The position numbers and the translations under genes were made by a program. 64,000 nt of DNA from an uncultured Anaerolineales bacterium (GTDB taxonomy: Bacteria > Chloroflexota > Anaerolineae > Anaerolineales > UBA11858), in assembly GCA_964481465.1 (NCBI GenBank), contig CAYZTL010000016.1, positions 13,553-77,552 of the forward strand, read 5' to 3'. The notes below the pieces were generated by a model. The model saw only the letters and a program-made list of their open reading frames with translations, ran no database searches and had not been told where the DNA came from. Each line of letters starts with the position of its first letter. The stretch's first letter is position 1. Positions 5,918-14,087 of this stretch are shown here, in pieces.

Positions 5918-7039
5918 ATGCCCCACTTTTTGGACGGAAATCAAGCCATCGCTTTGGGGGCGATCGATGCCGGGTGCGATTTCTTCGCCGGATACCCGAT
6001 CACCCCCGCGACGGGCATCCTCCTCCATGTGGCGGAGCATCTGCCCCAGGTGGGCGGATTGGTGCTCCAGGGGGAGGATGAGATCGCGTCGATGGGTTTT
6101 TGCATCGGCGCCGCGATGAGCGGCCGGCGGGTGATGACCGCTACCAGCGGCCCGGGGATCAGCCTCTACAGCGAGAACATCGGGCTGGCGATCATGGGCG
6201 AGGTTCCCATGGTGATCGTGGATGTGCAGCGCATGGGACCGGCCACCGGCGCGGCCACCACCGGGGCACAGGGGGACATCCAATTTCTGCGCTGGGGGAC
6301 CAGCGGGGGATATCCGGTGATCGTCCTCGCGCCCACCACCGTGGAGGAATGCTACACCCTGACCATCAAAGCCTTCGACCTGGCTGAGCGCTTCCGCGTG
6401 CCGGTCTTCCTGGCCACCGACAAAGAGACCGCTTTAACAAAGACCACCGTGACCATCGACCGGGAAAACCGCCCTCCAGTCCGATCCCGGAAAACGGCGG
6501 ATCCTGAGATCGAATTCACACCCCTGGGGATCGAAGCGCTTGATGAGGTCCCCGCCATGTCCCCCTTTGGCGGACCCCACAAGCTGCGCTTCACCACCTC
6601 CTCCCACGACGAACGAGGCTACCTGACCAAGGACCCGAAAGCGTTGGACCGGCTCAACCGCCATCTGGCCGCGAAAATCGAAGCCCACGTGGAGGAGATC
6701 GCCATGGTGGACGCGGATTTGGAAGAGGGTGCAGACACCGCGGTGCTCAGTTACGGGATCAGCGCCCGCTCAGCGAAGGCCGCTGTAAATGAAACTCGCC
6801 AGCAGGGAAAAAAGGTCTCCCTGATCACCGTCTATTCGCTGTGGCCAGTCCCTGAGAAAGCCATCCAGGAATCGCTAAAGGGGATTAAGCGAATCATCGT
6901 CCCCGAACTCAACCTGGGACAGTACCGGCGGGAGGTCGAACGGCTGGCCAGGGATGATCAAGAAGTGATCGGCGTCCACCGCGTGGACGGCAAGCTGATC
7001 TCCCCACAGGAAATTTTGAACCAAGGGGGGCTGCTATGA
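5918..7039 (+). CDS. 2-oxoacid:ferredoxin oxidoreductase, alpha subunit (substrate not assignable)
   Basis: MPHFLDGNQAIALGAIDAGCDFFAGYPITPATGIL... is the typical OFOR alpha N-terminus. GGAGGG RBS. ATGA overlap with the next gene. Confidence 0.85.
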   Translation: MPHFLDGNQAIALGAIDAGCDFFAGYPITPATGILLHVAEHLPQVGGLVLQGEDEIASMGFCIGAAMSGRRVMTATSGPGISLYSENIGLAIMGEVPMVIVDVQRMGPATGAATTGAQGDIQFLRWGTSGGYPVIVLAPTTVEECYTLTIKAFDLAERFRVPVFLATDKETALTKTTVTIDRENRPPVRSRKTADPEIEFTPLGIEALDEVPAMSPFGGPHKLRFTTSSHDERGYLTKDPKALDRLNRHLAAKIEAHVEEIAMVDADLEEGADTAVLSYGISARSAKAAVNETRQQGKKVSLITVYSLWPVPEKAIQESLKGIKRIIVPELNLGQYRREVERLARDDQEVIGVHRVDGKLISPQEILNQGGLL

Positions 7040-8373
7040 GCACACAAAGAGAGACCTACCTCAACCAGACCACCCTCCCGCTCCCCTTCTGCCCCGGATG
7101 CGGGCACCACACGATCATCCACAGCCTGGACCAGGCGCTGGTCCAGCTAAATTTGGATCCCAAGGAAGTGGTCGTTGTCTCCGATATCGGCTGCGCGGGA
7201 TTGAGCGATAAGTTTTTTGACACCCACGCTTTCCACGGCTTGCACGGCCGGAGCGTGACCTACGCCACCGGGATCAAGATGGCGCGGCCAGAGCTGACGG
7301 TGATCGCCCTCATCGGGGACGGGGGATTTGGGATCGGTGGGCACCACATGCTCAACGCGGCCCGGCGGAATATCGGGGTCAATGTCTTCGTGTTCAACAA
7401 CCTCAACTACGGGATGACCGGCGGGGAACATTCGGTCACCACGCCCCTGGATGCCCGGACCTCCACCACACCTTATGGGCACCTGGAGCAGCCCCTAGAC
7501 ATCCCTGGCAGCATAGGGATCAACGGCGCCAACTTCGCCGCCCGGACGACCACGTTTGATAATGACCTTCCCGACTTGATGGCCCAAGCCATCCAGCATG
7601 AGGGGTTTTCACTGGTCGATATCTGGGAATTATGCACGGCGTACTTCGTGCCTAACAATCAATTCAGTAAAAACAAGTTGGAAGAGACCCTGGAACGCCT
7701 GGAATTTAAGACCGGGATTCTGTACCAAAATCAGCGCCCTGAATTTGGCGCACGTTACCGGGAAAGGGCTCTCGGTGACCGTCAACGGGAAGAGGTACTG
7801 GGCTTGACAGCCATCCAGCCTTCTTTCAGCAGCGAGCTTAAGGAGCAGAAAAGCGTGGTCATCGCCGGGGCTGCGGGGGCAAAGATCAGCACCGCCGGGA
7901 CGCTGTTCAGCCAGGGCGCGGTATTTTCTGGTTTACAGACCACCCAGCGGAACGATTACCCGGTGACTGTCAAGACGGGGCATTCCATCGCCGAGGTCGT
8001 CCTCAGCCCGGAAGAGATCTATTTCACGGGAGTGGATAGGCCTGATGCACTTTTAGCCCTCTTCCCGGAAGGGTTTAGAAAGGTACAGGAAAGCATAGAA
8101 GCGCTCACGGAAAAGGACATCCTCATCCTCAGCGAGGAGTTGCCGGCTGTGGAAACAGCAGCGCAGACGTGGAGATTGGATTTCCGGTCCGCGAAGCGGT
8201 GGGGGCGAAGGCAGGAGTACCGGGCGATCATGGCTGTAGGCGTTCTCCTGCGGGAAACGGGGTGGTACCCCATAGAGGCGTTTAAAGAGGCGATTAAACT
8301 TCACCCCCGCTTTGCGGAGGACAACCTGGCGGCGCTGGAGGCGAGTGAATATGTGGGAGTAAAAAGTGAGTGA
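7036..8373 (+). CDS. 2-oxoacid:ferredoxin oxidoreductase, beta (TPP-binding) subunit fused to a gamma-type domain
   Basis: CPGCGHHTI and GDGGFGIGGHHMLNAARRNIGVNVFVFNNLNYGMTGG mark the TPP/beta part. The C-terminal KSVVIAGAAGAKISTAGTLFSQGAV...YPVTVKTGHSIAEVVLS resembles the gamma subunit. Confidence 0.8.
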   Translation: MSTQRETYLNQTTLPLPFCPGCGHHTIIHSLDQALVQLNLDPKEVVVVSDIGCAGLSDKFFDTHAFHGLHGRSVTYATGIKMARPELTVIALIGDGGFGIGGHHMLNAARRNIGVNVFVFNNLNYGMTGGEHSVTTPLDARTSTTPYGHLEQPLDIPGSIGINGANFAARTTTFDNDLPDLMAQAIQHEGFSLVDIWELCTAYFVPNNQFSKNKLEETLERLEFKTGILYQNQRPEFGARYRERALGDRQREEVLGLTAIQPSFSSELKEQKSVVIAGAAGAKISTAGTLFSQGAVFSGLQTTQRNDYPVTVKTGHSIAEVVLSPEEIYFTGVDRPDALLALFPEGFRKVQESIEALTEKDILILSEELPAVETAAQTWRLDFRSAKRWGRRQEYRAIMAVGVLLRETGWYPIEAFKEAIKLHPRFAEDNLAALEASEYVGVKSE

Positions 8374-8431
8374 GGGGGAGATGGAGTGATTGGGGGAAAG
8401 GGTGCAAGGGAGAAGCAGCCTTTTTTCACGC

Positions 8432-8460
8432 TTGACATCGAACTAATGTTCGTGTATAAT
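8432..8460 (+). promoter_or_regulatory. lexA promoter: TTGACA, 17-nt spacer, TATAAT
   Basis: TTGACA at 8432-8437, a 17-nt spacer, TATAAT at 8455-8460, about 57 nt upstream of the lexA ATG. Confidence 0.7.
8439..8452. promoter_or_regulatory. LexA operator (Cheo-type SOS box CGAACTAATGTTCG)
   Basis: Perfect palindrome CGAAC-N4-GTTCG lying entirely within the spacer of the lexA promoter. Matches the Gram-positive GAAC-N4-GTTC consensus. Confidence 0.7.
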
Positions 8461-8516
8461 CCGAAGTAGCACAAATATTCTACTTTTTTAACCACTATTC
8501 CCCACGGAGGACCGTC

Positions 8517-9224
8517 ATGGCTCCGAAAACAGGTCAGAAATTAAAGGACCGCCACAAGCAAATCCTGGAAGTGATCGAAAACTACCGGGCTGAGCACGGC
8601 TATGCCCCATCCTACCGGGAGATCTGCGCTCAAACCGACATCACCTCCACGTCCATGGTCAACTACTACCTGGAACAGCTGGAAGAAATGGGCTACATCG
8701 AACGCAAAGAGAACATCTCCCGCAGCTTGAAGATCAGGAAAGCAGCCCGGGAGAAGGTGGAACGGGCGATTGGCAAAGTCAAAGTTATGGCGGATTCCAT
8801 CCAGGAGACCTTGAACATCCCCATCCTAGGACGAATCGTAGCCAGCGAACCGGTCCCCATCCCGGAATCGGACTTCAGCCTCTTCGACGCGGAATCCGTG
8901 GTGGATGTGGCGGTCAGCCTCATCCCCCGCAATGTCGAAAACGAAACCCTTTTCGCGCTGGAAGTGGAGGGGGATTCCATGGTCGACGCCATGGTCAATG
9001 ACGGGGATATCATCATCATGAAACCGGCCCAAGAAGCCCGCAATGGGGAAATGGTCGCTGTCCGCCTTAAAGAACAAAACGAAACCACCTTAAAACGCTA
9101 TTATTTCGAAGGCGATCGGGTCCGCCTGCAGCCGGCCAACCCGACCATGGATCCCATTTACGTCGATCCCTCCACGGATCTGGAAATCCAGGGGAAAGTG
9201 GTCCTGATCATCCGCCAGGTTTAA
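8517..9224 (+). CDS. lexA: LexA repressor (S24 peptidase)
   Basis: Winged-HTH N-terminus. C-terminus GDSMVDAMVNDGDIIIM ... ETTLKRYYFEGDRVRLQPANPTMDPIY carries the Ser/Lys dyad context. GGAGG RBS. Confidence 0.9.
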   Translation: MAPKTGQKLKDRHKQILEVIENYRAEHGYAPSYREICAQTDITSTSMVNYYLEQLEEMGYIERKENISRSLKIRKAAREKVERAIGKVKVMADSIQETLNIPILGRIVASEPVPIPESDFSLFDAESVVDVAVSLIPRNVENETLFALEVEGDSMVDAMVNDGDIIIMKPAQEARNGEMVAVRLKEQNETTLKRYYFEGDRVRLQPANPTMDPIYVDPSTDLEIQGKVVLIIRQV

Positions 9225-9253
9225 CCGAAATATTCCATACCCATCTCCGCACT

Positions 9254-9289
9254 GGAAAGAACCGTCTACTCCTCGAGACGGTTCTTTCC
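9254..9289. terminator. Perfect 14-bp hairpin between convergent lexA and the nuclease gene
   Basis: GGAAAGAACCGTCT-actcctcg-AGACGGTTCTTTCC. There is no clean U-tract on either side, so terminator function is inferred from position. Confidence 0.5.
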
Positions 9290-9356
9290 GCTTAATCAAC
9301 CAGACCTGGGAGGTTTTATAGGGGCTGCGTCCCCAACCTCAGAGGTCTAATAACCA

Positions 9357-12300
9357 TCAAGGACAGCTGCCGAACGGTGTGCCGTTCACCTTCACACCGG
9401 GCGAGAAGAGCACGCCCTCGATGACTTCCCCGTGCCTTAGGAAGGATCCGAAGAGGTCCGGGTACCTGGTCAGGGATTGGTCGTGATCCGCTTCAGAACC
9501 ATAGGCATAATAAGCGCGCACCCTCCCCTCGTCATCAAAAAGGATAACGGTGTCGCCCCTGTTGTTCAAACCCAGGGAGCCCGCGGTTTGGACCAAGCTC
9601 CCGCCAAAGGCTCCACTCGGCGATCCACCCCCAAAGACGACCACAGCGCAGCCGTCGGAAAGGTGCGTCCCGGGGGAGAAGGTGTGCCTTCTCCTTGTCT
9701 CATCATGGACCGTCCACCCGCTGATGTCGAGCACACCCCCGCTGATATTGACAAATTCCAAGAATTCATCATCGTCGCTGTGTCTCGTCCCATCCCCATT
9801 GGCATCCCCGTCTTCCGGGTGGGGGTCCGCATGGATTTCATTAAGGAGGATGACCACCGGCAGCGGCGTAGGGGTCGGGGTAAAACCCGGACTTGGGGTT
9901 GCGGTCACCGTCGTCGTGGAAGATGACGTCGCGCTGGGGGTCACGGATGGGACCGGGACCAATGTAGGCGACGGTGTCGTCGTGGGAGCCGACGTCGCGC
10001 TGGGGGTCACGGATGGGACCGGGACCAATGTAGGAGACGGTGTCGGGGTAAAGGTCGGTGTAGAGGTCGGCGTGGGGGTGGATGGCGGCGATGGCGTCGG
10101 GGTGAATGTGGATGTCAGCGAGGGTGTCGGAGTCCTCGTATTCGTAGGCGTCGGTGAGCATGTCGGGGTACGGGCAGGGGTTGGCGTGCTCCACACCAAT
10201 TGGCCCGGGGACGGGTGATCCTGCTCCCGCCAATCCTCCGCGCTGTCATGATCCGCCTGGGGAGGAAAGCGCTCCAGGGAATGCCCCTCCCCTGGCTTCT
10301 TGACCGGGGGTTGAAACGCCCCGTAGTCTGAATCCCCATAGGCTACAGCATCCACCACCCGGTCTCCCCCATCCAGGAGCAGGACCTCATCCCCCCGATT
10401 TCGCAGCTCAACGCTCCATGTGGACCAAGCTGCATACTTCTCCAAATCGGGCACATTCGCCATGGTGTCTTTGATCTCAAAATCAGGCAACCGCCCATAC
10501 TGGGAAGCAAAGGAGCTGCCCTGGTTGGCAACCACGATCACCTCTCCGGAGTGGATCACCGCGGTTGAGGGGAAGAGGACCATCCCTTCCCGGTCTCCCG
10601 GGACAGATGCATCCCCCACCTTCACTCCCCTCAAGGAAATCGAGTAAGCCTGAGGGTTGTAAATTTCGATCCATTCCCCGGCTGGTTCCGGCGCATCCGG
10701 ATTGGGGAGCACCTCGCTGATCAAGAGCCGGACCGGAGCTGGCGTCGGCGTGTGGGTGGGGGTCCAGGTTGAGGTTGGGGTAGCGGTCGGCGTCGGGGTT
10801 CGCGTGGGCTGGGGCGTGGGGGTGGGATGGTCCAAGCGCCCCGGGGAGGGGTTCTCACTCACCCGCCAATCGGACGCACTTCCCGTATCCCTGCCCGGAG
10901 GATAGCGCTGGAGGGATTTCCCCTCCCCCGCTTTCTTGGCGGGAGGTTGAAAGGCACTGTAGCCCGAATCCCCATAGGCCAGATCGTCCACCACCCGATC
11001 CCCAGGACCCAGAATCAGGACTTCGTCGCCCCCGTTCCGCAAACGCAGGCTGCCTGCCGCCCAGGTCCCATACTTGATGAGATCCGGCACGCCAGCATGG
11101 GTTGATTGACATTCATAATCAGGCAAAGAACCGTAAGCGCTCTGAAAAGCGGAAGCCCGGTTGGCAACCACGATCACCTCTCCCGGCCCAAGGCTGGCTC
11201 CCGGCGGGAAGGCCATCATCCCTTCCGGATCCCCCCTACCCGATGCGTCCCCGATTTTGACCTGACCTAGGGGGACGGGATGGGCGTTGGGATTGAACAC
11301 TTCCACCCATTCCCCATCCGGCTCCGGTCCCAAAGGATCAGCCAAGACTTCACTGATCAGCAAATGGATCGGGGCTGGCGTCGACGTCGGCCCGGGGGGT
11401 GAGGGGGAAGGGGTAAGGGTTGGCGTCGGCGTCAGCGTGGGCGTTGGGGTGGGTGTGGATGTGCTGAGATCTAATCGGCCCGGAGAGGGATTCCCCTTCT
11501 CCCGCCAATCCCTGGCTCGATTTTTATCGCGGTGGGGAGGGTACCGTTCCAGAGAATGACCCTGAGAGGGCGCGGGCACGGGCGGTTGGAAGGGTTCCCA
11601 ATCCGAATTTCCATAAGAAACGCTGTCCACCACCCGGTCTTCCCAATCCAAAAGCAGGATTTCATCCCCCCGGTTGCTCAAGCTCACTTGAGAACTCCCC
11701 CAGCGGAGATAGGGCCACATATCCTGGACCCGGGGAAGGCTGTTTTGGATTTCAAAATCCGGGTAGAAGCCGTAGGTACGATAAAAGGTATCCCCATGGT
11801 TGGCAATGACCAGCACCTCTCCCCGTTCTATGTAATATCCGGGCGGAAAAAGGAGCATCCCCTCACGATCATTGGGGCTCTCCGCATCTCCCAATTTGTA
11901 ATGGGTCAGCAGGCGATCATATTTCTCCGGGTTGTATATTTCGATCCATTCCCCTTCCGGCTCTTCCCCTGCTGGATTGGACATGAACTCCGAAATCAGC
12001 AGGACCGCGGGGTACGGTGTCGGCGACGGGGAGGGGGTGAGCGTCGCAGTGGGGCTGGGCGTATGGGTAGGCGACCCCTCTGGAGGGAAAACTGTCGAGG
12101 GGAGCAGGGGATTGGGGCGCGGGTCCGGATGCTGAGGATCCCAAACCTGACCACTCCAGCGGGTGTAGACCAGTAGGGGGTCATGGTCCGATGTACGGTA
12201 CAGAATGGTGTGGTCAGAACCATAGGAATGGGGGTAGTCCGCATTGATATGCAGGGGCAGGGTTTGGAACTCGTCTGCAAGGGCATCGTTTACCCATACA

Positions 12301-13859
12301 TAATCCCTGATACCGGGTACGCCGTAATCCAGGTAGGTATAGCGATCCTCTAGGGCTACCTCTTCCAGGAGGTTGTGCAAACCCCGATCAAGCAGCGTTT
12401 TCACCGCGGGGGAATCTGGACCAGTATTGAGAGACCCGATGATGATCAACCCTGCCCGATCCGCCTTCCCCGCCAAATCCGCCACAAACTGAGTCTGGGC
12501 CAGGCGGCGGGTCCGGGTACCCTCGTCGGCGTCCGAGCCCTCCAGACAGCGGATGATGATCAACAGATAAGGATCCTTATCCTCGCCGTATTCCAGCTCC
12601 ACCCACAAAGGTGGTTGAGAAAACAAACGGTTCCCATCCGGTTTTCCGTCCCCATTTCGATCACAGGTAACTTCGTTCTCAGGAAGATCCCTCGACCCGT
12701 TTCCATCCGGACCCAAGCCATCCTGCAAAGATGTACATCCCTGGAGGAGCCGGGCTTCGCGGATCCGCACCCACTCCATATCATACAGGAGGGCAGCGTT
12801 CAACCCTCCGGGATGCGAACCTTCCACGAGCAAATAATCATACTCGGTTTGGATCTCAGGCCTGGAGGCCAATTCGTTTAAGAAAGATTCCCTGGTCACC
12901 CCCTGAAGAGCGACAAGGTCCGTTTCCCCCAAGCCGTTGCGGATGACCCGGACCATCTTTTCCAGCGTTTGGTTCCCTAGCTCCTCTCGAAGCGATATGT
13001 GCTCAGGATGTACAGGACCAGAAACGGCAGATGGCTGGCGTGGCAGGCGCACATGCGCCAAAGAAAACCCTCTCAGCTGAGGAGAAAGAGGGACACGATC
13101 GATTGCCCTTTCCACGTCCACCTTATCCGTGACCCGCAAGCAAAATCCCCTCTGAGTCTCTTCTAAAACCGCGATGATAAAGTTCAACTGGTCCCCGACC
13201 TTGAGAGAGCCTTCCGGGAACATTTCTCTTTCCCCGATCACACATAAAGGGGGCCAGTCCCGGGTCGCGACCCCGTGGATTCTCTCCCCTTCCTCAAGCG
13301 CCCCGGGCAGAAGCCAGGAGACGCCTTTTGCGTCTGTCGGCCCAGCGATGACCCCCCGCGGCAACCGGACCAGCATCCCTTCCCAGTTTTCAAGGCGAGG
13401 GTAAAGGTTCCCGCGGACGAATTGTTCAAGCAGATTGACAGGCTCCGGAAGCATATGCCCCACCGAAAGGATTTCCAATTCACCCTCCAAGGCTTCCAGG
13501 ACGGTCTGTCCATCCACTTCCCCTACCGCCCCTTTGACCCGGATTTCATCCCCCACTGAAAGGTTATCCGGGAGGTTATCCAGAGTGACGAAGAGCCCAT
13601 CCGAGGTCAGCAGGTGCGGATCGCAGCTTTCTTTTTCCAGGAAGAAACCGGTAGGCGCTGGATCTTCTTTCAGCGCATAGACCACCCCTTCCGTGACCAC
13701 CACCTCACCCTCGTAAGGGGAAGCAAACCCCCGGCCTTGGATCTCACAAATCGGGAGGACCGGTTCCGGAGCGGAACACCCCAGCACGGCACCTATCAAC
13801 CCTAAAAGGCATAGGACCCATACATCTTTCCCATACCCCCTCAAAGCGGCGGCGCGCAC
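9357..13859 (-). CDS. Lipoprotein-anchored extracellular nuclease (ExeM/NucH-like N-terminus plus endonuclease/exonuclease/phosphatase domain) with four lamin-tail domains
   Basis: GTG start with a GAGGTGGG RBS. Lipobox AVLGC. CEIQGRGFASPYEGEVVVTEGVV is the ExeM/NucH-type N-terminus. The EEP domain ends ...YRTSDHDPLLV. Four LTD units (LLISEFMSNPAGEEPEGEWIEIYNP..., LLISEVLADPLGPEPDGEWVEVFNP..., LLISEVLPNPDAPEPAGEWIEIYNP..., LLNEIHADPHP...EFLEFVN) are separated by Pro/Thr linkers. Confidence 0.85.
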   Translation of the reverse strand: MRAAALRGYGKDVWVLCLLGLIGAVLGCSAPEPVLPICEIQGRGFASPYEGEVVVTEGVVYALKEDPAPTGFFLEKESCDPHLLTSDGLFVTLDNLPDNLSVGDEIRVKGAVGEVDGQTVLEALEGELEILSVGHMLPEPVNLLEQFVRGNLYPRLENWEGMLVRLPRGVIAGPTDAKGVSWLLPGALEEGERIHGVATRDWPPLCVIGEREMFPEGSLKVGDQLNFIIAVLEETQRGFCLRVTDKVDVERAIDRVPLSPQLRGFSLAHVRLPRQPSAVSGPVHPEHISLREELGNQTLEKMVRVIRNGLGETDLVALQGVTRESFLNELASRPEIQTEYDYLLVEGSHPGGLNAALLYDMEWVRIREARLLQGCTSLQDGLGPDGNGSRDLPENEVTCDRNGDGKPDGNRLFSQPPLWVELEYGEDKDPYLLIIIRCLEGSDADEGTRTRRLAQTQFVADLAGKADRAGLIIIGSLNTGPDSPAVKTLLDRGLHNLLEEVALEDRYTYLDYGVPGIRDYVWVNDALADEFQTLPLHINADYPHSYGSDHTILYRTSDHDPLLVYTRWSGQVWDPQHPDPRPNPLLPSTVFPPEGSPTHTPSPTATLTPSPSPTPYPAVLLISEFMSNPAGEEPEGEWIEIYNPEKYDRLLTHYKLGDAESPNDREGMLLFPPGYYIERGEVLVIANHGDTFYRTYGFYPDFEIQNSLPRVQDMWPYLRWGSSQVSLSNRGDEILLLDWEDRVVDSVSYGNSDWEPFQPPVPAPSQGHSLERYPPHRDKNRARDWREKGNPSPGRLDLSTSTPTPTPTLTPTPTLTPSPSPPGPTSTPAPIHLLISEVLADPLGPEPDGEWVEVFNPNAHPVPLGQVKIGDASGRGDPEGMMAFPPGASLGPGEVIVVANRASAFQSAYGSLPDYECQSTHAGVPDLIKYGTWAAGSLRLRNGGDEVLILGPGDRVVDDLAYGDSGYSAFQPPAKKAGEGKSLQRYPPGRDTGSASDWRVSENPSPGRLDHPTPTPQPTRTPTPTATPTSTWTPTHTPTPAPVRLLISEVLPNPDAPEPAGEWIEIYNPQAYSISLRGVKVGDASVPGDREGMVLFPSTAVIHSGEVIVVANQGSSFASQYGRLPDFEIKDTMANVPDLEKYAAWSTWSVELRNRGDEVLLLDGGDRVVDAVAYGDSDYGAFQPPVKKPGEGHSLERFPPQADHDSAEDWREQDHPSPGQLVWSTPTPARTPTCSPTPTNTRTPTPSLTSTFTPTPSPPSTPTPTSTPTFTPTPSPTLVPVPSVTPSATSAPTTTPSPTLVPVPSVTPSATSSSTTTVTATPSPGFTPTPTPLPVVILLNEIHADPHPEDGDANGDGTRHSDDDEFLEFVNISGGVLDISGWTVHDETRRRHTFSPGTHLSDGCAVVVFGGGSPSGAFGGSLVQTAGSLGLNNRGDTVILFDDEGRVRAYYAYGSEADHDQSLTRYPDLFGSFLRHGEVIEGVLFSPGVKVNGTPFGSCP
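9925..10046. repeat. Tandem duplication, 66-bp period (22 aa SPTLVPVPSVTPSATS...), in the last Pro/Thr linker of the nuclease
   Basis: GACGTCGCGCTGGGGGTCACGGATGGGACCGGGACCAATGTAGG occurs at 9925 and again at 9991, followed by (C/A)GACGGTGTCG. Confidence 0.8.
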
Positions 13860-14020
13860 GATTTCCCACCTCGGGCTGACTCTCCCCCGTTCACAAGATG
13901 TGGATCAGCCACCCGTTATGTTATGCTTCGGCCACCTTGGATCATCGGTGATAATTCCACTGTACAACAATTACGGCTAAATTTCAAGTCTATACGCTGT
14001 TTGTTACTCATTAAGCAAGG

Positions 14021-14053
14021 AAAAAGCACCAACCTGAACTTTCAGGCTGATGC
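14021..14053 (-). terminator. Intrinsic terminator after the DUF4013 gene
   Basis: Minus strand: GCATCAGCCTGAA-ag-TTCAGGTTGGTGC (11 of 13 positions paired) followed by TTTTT. Confidence 0.6.
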
Positions 14054-14087
14054 TCTGTAGAAAGGATATATATCAAATTTGAATGCT

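Noticed and set aside
9550-10218. 222-aa plus-strand ORF (Gly/Val-rich) antisense to the nuclease linker
   Set aside because: It is the mirror image of the Pro/Thr linker codons. No start context or domain.
9860-11480. Recurrent similar GC-rich stretches that could be mistaken for a CRISPR-like or other interspersed repeat array
   Set aside because: They are the Pro/Thr-linker codons (ACN/CCN runs) separating the LTD domains, in frame within one long ORF. There is no constant repeat/spacer architecture.
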